The position numbers and the translations under genes were made by a program. The notes beneath the pieces were generated by a model. That model saw only the letters and a program-made list of their open reading frames with translations, was not told where the DNA came from and did no database searches. Positions 8,606 through 14,645 of a DNA stretch of 14,645 bases are shown piece after piece. This DNA comes from Fonticula alba ATCC 38817. Taxonomy: Eukaryota > Protista > Nucleariida. Numbering within the stretch: the first letter of the stretch is position 1; each line of letters starts with the position of its first letter. Where the stretch lies: the NCBI GenBank assembly GCA_000388065.2, contig KB932207.1; one strand, 5' to 3'.

Positions 8606-9835
8606 ATGTTCATCGAGGTTCGTCCACGCACCGCGCCCGGGCGCATGTCCGCCTCTCTCGCCCTCCCTCGCTGCCAAGTGCTGATCCTCATCCCGGACGA
8701 CCCCGGCCCGACAAGCGTAGAAGGAGCTCTACCATGACCTGAAGCTGGACCCGCAATACTTTGGACCCGACCTGAAGGAGCGGGTGTTGGACATCTTCCA
8801 CCAGCATGTGTCGGGGCGGTGTGACGAGAAGGACGGCTATGTTGTGGCGGTCCTCCGGGTGATTGCCATCGAGCCGGGTCGGACGATCGAGGGCGAAGGC
8901 CTGGCTGTCTTCCGAGTCAAGTACCGCGCCATCGTTCTGCACCCGTTCCCGCAGCAGGTGGTCAGCGCCGTGGTGACTGATGTCAGCCCGGTATGTGTCC
9001 TCCATGCGCCCCTCGCAGCTTGCTCTTTCTTTCTTCTTCTTCTTTTTTTCCCGGCCCCGTCTTGCGGGCTGCCTCCTATACCCCTACACTCCCCCTGCCG
9101 CTGGCGCGGCATTTCCCGGTGGTGATGGGATGTGCGGGCCGCATGCTGATCTTCCCTGTCTCTTCTCCAACAGCAAGGATTTTTCTCGCGCATCGGTCCG
9201 GTCACCATCTTCACTCCCCGGACGGTGCGCCTTCCATCCACCCTCTATCTATCTATCTCTCTCTTTCCCCCTCCTCCTGTCTCCTTCTTGCCCTCCAGTT
9301 GCTCGTGCTGATGTTTTCGGCCATTTTCTCTGACCCCACCTGCGCCGGGCTCGATGCATCACGGTGCCCGGGGTGGGGGGGGGGGGCGCGATGCGGGGCT
9401 CATCTCTGGCTTGCAGTATATCCCGGACTACTTCAGCTACAATGGCGACATTTCCCCGCCGCAATATCAGTATGAGCAGGAAAACCTTGTGCGTGGCCTC
9501 CCCATCGGCATGGTGCACCATTGATTGCGCTCCGGTCCCTGACAATCAGCATGCACCCCCCGGCTTTGAAGCACATCCGCAAGGACACCTGTGTTCGCAT
9601 TCGGCTCATCAGTGTGACCTTCGAGAACCAGCATTTGGTGCGCCCACATGCGTTCGTCTGCCCGCCCCTTGTCGCGCATGCCTCCTCCCAACGCCCTTTT
9701 TCCTCTCCTCCTGGCGTGTCCTGACTCCTGCCATCGGCGGGGATCCTGCCTCCCTCGCTGCCGGGATGTGCGCTCGCGCACGCTTGGCCATAGGTCTGCA
9801 ATGGAACCATCAACGACCACTACCTGGCCATCTAG
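8606..9835 (+). CDS. RPB7: DNA-directed RNA polymerase II subunit RPB7, 170 aa
   Basis: Exons 8606-8617, 8721-8990, 9174-9224, 9417-9488, 9572-9637 and 9794-9835. Product MFIE|KELYHDLKLDPQYFGPDLKE...VSGRCDEKDGYVVAV...FRVKYRAIVLHPF...VVSAVVTDVSP|QGFFSRIGPVTIF...IP...SPPQY...|HIRKDTCVRIRLI...|VCNGTINDHYLAI* is collinear with Rpb7. LxPxYFGP distinguishes it from Rpc25. Confidence 0.96.
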
Positions 9836-9897
9836 GGTACGATGCGCAACACCCGCCTCCCCGGGAGGGAGAGAAGTGTCCGACAAAGTACCGGAAC

Positions 9898-9903
9898 AAT
9901 AAA
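9898..9903 (+). promoter_or_regulatory. Probable polyadenylation signal of RPB7 (AATAAA)
   Basis: Canonical hexamer 62 nt after the stop codon, in an AT-rich island. Confidence 0.6.
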
Positions 9904-9997
9904 CAACAAACATTTCATATTGCTGCCCGTGTGTCGGCGATTGGGGGGGGGGGGGGGGCGCCGCACGGCGTCGGGTCCAATCGGTGCGCACCCGCTG

Positions 9998-11334
9998 CTA
10001 GAGACAGGCCTGGTGTATGGCCTCAATGAGGCTGTCAATGTCGGCGTCCGGGGAGGCGATGCGGAACTGGGCGCCTGGGGGTGGGGGGCGCTGGTGCGCT
10101 GGCGAAAGGCGATCCTGACCGAAGTCCTCCGTCATCCACTCGTCCTCGGGGTACTCGCTACGAGGGGGGGGGGGAGAGAGAGAGAGAGCGGAACAGGAAT
10201 CAGACGTGCGAAAGTCCAGGAGGGCGGGCGGGGTGGGGCATGCGTGCGCATGTGCATGTGTGCATGCGCGTGTGTGTCTCTCTCTCTCGGCAAATGTGCC
10301 CGGCCGTACCTTAAGTTGATCGGAACACCCTCCTGTGACAGGTCTCCCATGCCAGCGAACATCAGACGAGAGGCATTGGCCCGGCGGGCATAGCTGGCCG
10401 CCTCTGCACGAAAACGCACGTCATCTTGGAGAATCTCATCATCAATGCCGACGCCGGGGACGAAGCCGGGCCCGGGGCCGCGGGCGGTGTCCTCGGCGCC
10501 GGCGTCCGAATCGTCGTCGCTGTTGGCGGAGAAGAACTCGGCGTCGGTATTGGGGTGGGCGCTACCGGGGGTCTCGGCGGCACTGGCGCCGGCACCGGCA
10601 CCGGCACCGGCACCGGCACCGACCGAGGTGGCGCCTGCGCCCGCGCCCGCGCCTGCGCCTGCGCCTGCGCCTGCGCCTGACCGAGTGGTAGATGCTTTGG
10701 AGGCGGGGTGGGGACCGCCGGCCCCCCGGGCGCCAGGGTGGCTGGTTGGCCCGGCGGCCGGCATGTTCGAGGCAGCCCCGGCGCTGGTCGATGTGCGTAT
10801 TGAGGGTGGCCGGAGTTGGGCATTGGTAGAGCAGGCATTCAGAAGGTGGATGTCATCGTCGGACCAATCGGAGTCGGACGAGTCGTCGAAGAGCTCGCTG
10901 AAGGCGGGAAGCGGGGGGAGGGGGGGNNNNNNNNNNNNNNNNNNNNNNNNNNNNNNNNNNNNNNNNNNNNNNNNNNNNNNNNNNNNNNNNNNNNNNNNNN
11001 NNNNNNNNNNNNNNNNNNNNNNNNNNNNNNNNNNNNNNNNNNNNNNNNNNNNNNNNNNNNNNNNNNNNNNNNNNNNNNNNNNNNNNNNNNNNNNNNNNNN
11101 NNNNNNNNNNNNNNNNGGGGGGGGGAGCCGGTCAGCACAGGGGTCAGTGCGCCTGGATGAGGGGAACCGAGGAAGGCCACGTCGAGCATGATGCGTACCT
11201 GAGCAGAGAGGAGTGTGCCCCGGCGATGGCGCGGGCTTTGTCGAGGGCATCCTGTGCTAGGGCTTCGGCCGACCGTCCATGGGACGGCGGATGTTTGAAA
11301 CTCATAAAAAGGGTGGGGAAGGAGAGGGGGGGGG

Positions 11335-11367
<33 letters not shown>

Positions 11368-11459
11368 GCAAACAGCGTGGAGGGGGGAAATGGCGGAAAA
11401 TGTATTTTTATCTCCACGCGGGTGTCGGTCGGAGCCGGCGGCGTACGGTCCGAAATCAT
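9998..11459 (-). CDS. Hypothetical acidic, Gly/Ala-rich protein, about 274-284 aa
   Basis: Exons 11262 (or ATG 11305)-11199, 10897-10310 and 10157-9998, with an optional first exon 11459-11447. Donors GTACGC and GTACGG; polypyrimidine CAG and TAG acceptors; the phase-2 joins across the gap-containing intron and the last intron keep the frame. No family recognised and the start is uncertain. Confidence 0.65.
10585..10677 (-). repeat. Two coding hexanucleotide arrays encoding (Gly-Ala)8 and (Gly-Ala)6
   Basis: 10677-10630 is mostly GGCGCA/GGCGCG; 10620-10585 is (GGTGCC)5 plus GGCGCC. Confidence 0.9.
10927..11116. other. Assembly gap (190 N) between poly-G runs, inside an intron of the hypothetical gene
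   Basis: N run; the exons on either side join in frame. Confidence 0.95.
11336..11365. repeat. (TG)15 microsatellite
   Basis: Read directly from the sequence. Confidence 0.95.
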
Positions 11460-11913
11460 TCCAACCGCTCCTCGATCGGGCGAGGGGGCGAGAGGGCGAG
11501 CAAAAAAGAGGGCGGCGAAAGGAGCAGCCCGAGAACGCATACGCCGATCGGGTGATCAGATGGGGGTGGGCCGTGTCTTGCGGGCACATGACGCGCGGGC
11601 GTGACATGGGCCTCGGGTGCTGGGGCTCCGGTACGGCCAAAGTCGGTGGGCCTCGCCCTCCCCTCGTCAACGGTTGGACCCCTGCCGCCCCACAACGACC
11701 GGGTTGTTGAGCTGGGAGGGGGGGGGGCATTCCCCCCTCCCTTCCTTCCCGTCCCCCATGGGGAAGGCGTTGGACCCCGCTTGCGTCTTTCTAAGCACTG
11801 GCGCTGCGGCGGGCGCTTGCGCTTGAGGTCCCATCATCGACCACCCCCCAGCTGGGGCGAGCAGGGGGAAGAGAGGGGGGGGGGGCGCAGGCGCAGACGC
11901 GCGTTCCGATGGT

Positions 11914-11914
<1 letters not shown>

Positions 11915-11944
<30 letters not shown>
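11915..11944. repeat. (CA)15 microsatellite
   Basis: Read directly from the sequence. Confidence 0.95.
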
Positions 11945-11947
<3 letters not shown>

Positions 11948-12405
11948 CCAGGTCTCATATTGAGGCCCGAAGAAGGGGCAGGGGGGGGGGGGACTCGCGG
12001 GCAGCCCCAAAAAGGAGAGTGGGCACCTGGGGGCGGGTGGGGCGGGGGAGCGCCCCTGCTTTTGCCCCGCCCCAGGGGAACCGTGGCGCAAGACGGGGCA
12101 AGGGGGGTGCGCGGGGGCAAGGGGTGGGCTGATGCGGCGGCCGGCAACACGCACGCGTCTGCGCGTGCAGGCGCGCGTGTGTTCGCAAGTGGCCGGGCAG
12201 GGGACTCTCGCACTTGAGCCGAGCGGGGGTGGTTCCGGAGGGGGCAAACAGTTGCGGGGTCCGGTGGTGTGTGAGGGGGGGGGGGGCATCAAACACCGGG
12301 CAAGAGCCTCCGCTGCAAAAACCAGGCGCAAAAGGCAGGCGCAGGCGGCGGGCCGGAAAGCGGGCAGATGAAACAGGGCTCTTCGATGGCAGTATGAGTA
12401 TTGTT

Positions 12406-13186
12406 TTATGTCGTATGGAGTGGGGGCCTGGTGGAGTCCTCCTCTGACCAGGGTGACGACGAAAAGAGCCGGACAGTCGGCAGATGACCTGGCTGGGGGC
12501 CCTCGGGGAACGGGCGGCCGGCGGGGGAGGGGGGGGGGGGAATTGGGGTGAACGTGCCGTGCGGCGAGCTGCCCCGGACATAGGCGTCGAGGTGGCGGGC
12601 CGGCGCCGGCTCGCGGCGGACATGGGGGGGGGGGGGTAACGAAACCGGCCGGGGGCCCTGGTATGGGCGGCCCCGGCGCGTGGGCCCAGCTATGTGCAGA
12701 GAGCCCATCTGGGCGCAGCGATGTACGCGTCAGAGTCCGGGGTGATCGCGGGATTTTTTGCTGCCGGGTCGGGCACCGGGCTGCCGGCGCTGCCGGCGCC
12801 GCCGTCGCCGGATTCCGCCCCCCACGCGCACGCACGCCCGCACCCGGGCGAGGTCGGGGGCAGGCACGGAGAGCCGAGGACGCTCGCCAGGCAGCTTGCT
12901 CCTGCTCAAAGGGGAAGATAGTGCCCGATGGGCAGGCGACGAGCGGGTTCCTGATGCTGCTGGCCCCGGGGGACAGCGTGGGGGGAGGAGGGGCGACGGA
13001 AGGCCGGGCCCGCTGCGAAGAGTTGTCCCCCTGGCGGGGCGAACTTGCCGGATGTCGGTGTGTGTCGGGAGGCCGACCGCCCTGACCGACCGAGGGCCCG
13101 CCTCCGCTAAGACTGCCGGGCGGCCCGTTGCCGGTGAGGACCATGATCGAGGCAGGCGCCTTCCAGTACCCATGCCAACTCTCCAT
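12406..13186 (-). CDS. Hypothetical proline-rich protein, about 217 aa
   Basis: Exons 13186-12836 and 12708-12406. The 127-nt intron has a GTGCGT donor, a CTGAC branch and a CAG acceptor, and both ends are phase 0. A pyrimidine-rich leader precedes the ATG and an AT-rich patch follows the TAA. No family recognised. Confidence 0.5.
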
Positions 13187-13199
13187 CGCAATGAAACGC

Positions 13200-13212
13200 G
13201 AGAGAACGAGAG

Positions 13213-13286
<74 letters not shown>

Positions 13287-13351
13287 AGAGAATCAGAGAG
13301 AGCCAGAGGGAGGGGAGAAGAGGAAAGGAGAGACAGCCAAAGAGAAAGAGA
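13200..13351. repeat. (GA)n microsatellite within a roughly 150-bp polypurine/polypyrimidine tract
   Basis: Read directly; near-perfect GA repeats at about 13216-13278 with degenerate purine-rich flanks. Confidence 0.9.
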
Positions 13352-13581
13352 AACGGAGCCCAGGAGAACGCCGCCCGAAGGAGAACAATAAGCTCGGCGT
13401 CAGACGAGGGGCGCAGCGCTCTAAACGGAGAGAGGGTTGGCGGCCGGAGCCGGGGACCGGCTGATCGGAAAGCTCTGCCAAGGTCGAGACCGCCGGGGCG
13501 CGGGGGCCGGCAGGGGGAACAGTTGGGGCGCCGAGCGCCCGGGGAAAGACAGACGCCGGTGGCACTCTAGCTGAGACTTGA

Positions 13582-13853
13582 CTACAGGACGGCCGACGGA
13601 CCGCGAGGCACGGCCCAGACCGCAAGGTCCCCTGGAGGCCCCGAAGTCCAAGGCGGTCCATCCCCCTGCCGGGGGGGGGGGGGCACAACTGCGGCGTGCC
13701 CGGGCGGGCGCTGCGCAGCTGCCCGTGTGGCCTCATGGCCCACGCGCGGTACGCGCACCTGCAGTGCAGGATCGAGGGCGGAGGATTTTTTTCCGGCCGG
13801 CCGGCCGGCCGGTTGGCCAACGGGCCGGAGAGAACCTGGGCCCCCACCAGGGT
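13582..13853 (-). CDS. Weak candidate 3' exons of an unidentified gene
   Basis: CTCAC...CAG acceptor, exon 13853-13759 (..GKKSSALDPALQ), GTGCGC donor, then exon 13665-13582 ending in TAG. Upstream exons cannot be resolved because of the gap. Confidence 0.2.
13793..13812. repeat. (CCGG)5 perfect 20-bp palindromic tandem repeat
   Basis: Read directly; the repeat is its own reverse complement. Confidence 0.9.
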
Positions 13854-13911
13854 CTGTGGGTGAGCGCGCGCGCGCCCGCACACACAGGAAGGGCAGCCCC
13901 CCCCCCCCCCC

Positions 13912-14071
13912 NNNNNNNNNNNNNNNNNNNNNNNNNNNNNNNNNNNNNNNNNNNNNNNNNNNNNNNNNNNNNNNNNNNNNNNNNNNNNNNNNNNNNNNNN
14001 NNNNNNNNNNNNNNNNNNNNNNNNNNNNNNNNNNNNNNNNNNNNNNNNNNNNNNNNNNNNNNNNNNNNNNN
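13912..14071. other. Assembly gap (160 N) between a poly-C run and a poly-G run
   Basis: N run. Confidence 0.95.
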
Positions 14072-14645
14072 GGGGGGGGGGGGGGGGGGGGGGGGGGTGC
14101 ATGTGTGTGTGTGTGTGTGGAGGAGAACTCAACCTCGCGGTCGGGCATCCATCCCCCGAAACCCTCCGCCAGACGGGAGGGGACTGGCGGAGAATTGCGG
14201 AACGCGCCGCTCGCCGGCCGGGGCCGGCTCGTCCTGGGGCCCGCGTGCATGTCCAGGCCGTGGGGGCCGGGAGGGCGCGTGTCGGGCCCTCCGGCCGGGC
14301 GCGGGGAATGTGCTCGTTGGCCGGGCGAGTAATTTATCCTGGCGTTTGCCGCTCGAGGGTCCTGGGTCTGGCGACCGCGTGCGGCGCGGTTGCCTGGGCT
14401 TTCGCCCGGCCAAAGACCACGGGCACGGGCCGAGGTTTCCCCCACGACTTAGGCCCGGCGTCGTGGAGCCCGGCCGGGGAGGAGGACACGCACGAAGTCG
14501 GGGAAAAGGCGCCAATAAAAAATACATCAAAATACCGAGAAAAGACGCGCCTCGGTGCGTGCGTGTGTGGATGCGCGCCTGGCACAGAACATTCGGGCAA
14601 GCACACTGCCGCCGGGCGCCGCTGCGGAGGGGCCGCACATTTGGG

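Noticed and set aside
10585-10677. CRISPR-like or transposon repeat interpretation of the short repeats
   Set aside because: These are tandem 6-mers without spacers; there are no cas, transposase or RT motifs, and no terminal repeats with target-site duplications anywhere in the window.
10445-11191. Plus-strand ORF with (AP)n repeats
   Set aside because: It is the antisense mirror of the (GA)n exon; the splice signals are all on the - strand.
11955-12623. Alternative minus-strand frame rich in SP/TP
   Set aside because: The intron phase selects the frame ending at 12406, and this frame runs through poly-C and apparent UTR sequence.
12758-13570. 270-aa plus-strand ORF with (RE)n, resembling an SR-type protein
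   Set aside because: The repeat is a translated (GA)n microsatellite, and the ORF is antisense to a better-supported spliced gene.
668-14196. Recurring GGCGGA(G/A)AAT-like motif as E2F sites
   Set aside because: It does not match TTTSSCGC, and it also occurs inside introns (near 4110 and 12810), so it is not specific.

Overview
GC-rich, intron-rich eukaryotic (protist-like) genomic DNA with many homopolymer and dinucleotide tracts and two assembly gaps. Most ORFs in the six-frame track are artefacts of high GC. Splicing by hand gives four recognisable proteins: ADF/cofilin (+, 3 exons), a divergent Spc24-like Ndc80-complex kinetochore subunit (-, 3 exons), a CDK12/CDK9-class kinase with large loop insertions (+, 6-7 exons, start uncertain) and RNA polymerase II subunit RPB7 (+, 6 exons). 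There is also an intron-containing tRNA-Ile(UAU), two spliced orphan genes on the - strand and weak gene candidates near both ends. I see no mobile element, CRISPR array or clearly new multi-gene system. The most notable points are the cryptic Spc24, the remodelled CDK activation segment, a 5' splice-site consensus with pyrimidine at +4, and a candidate 3'-end motif ACAATA. All family assignments come from motif recognition by eye, not database searches.
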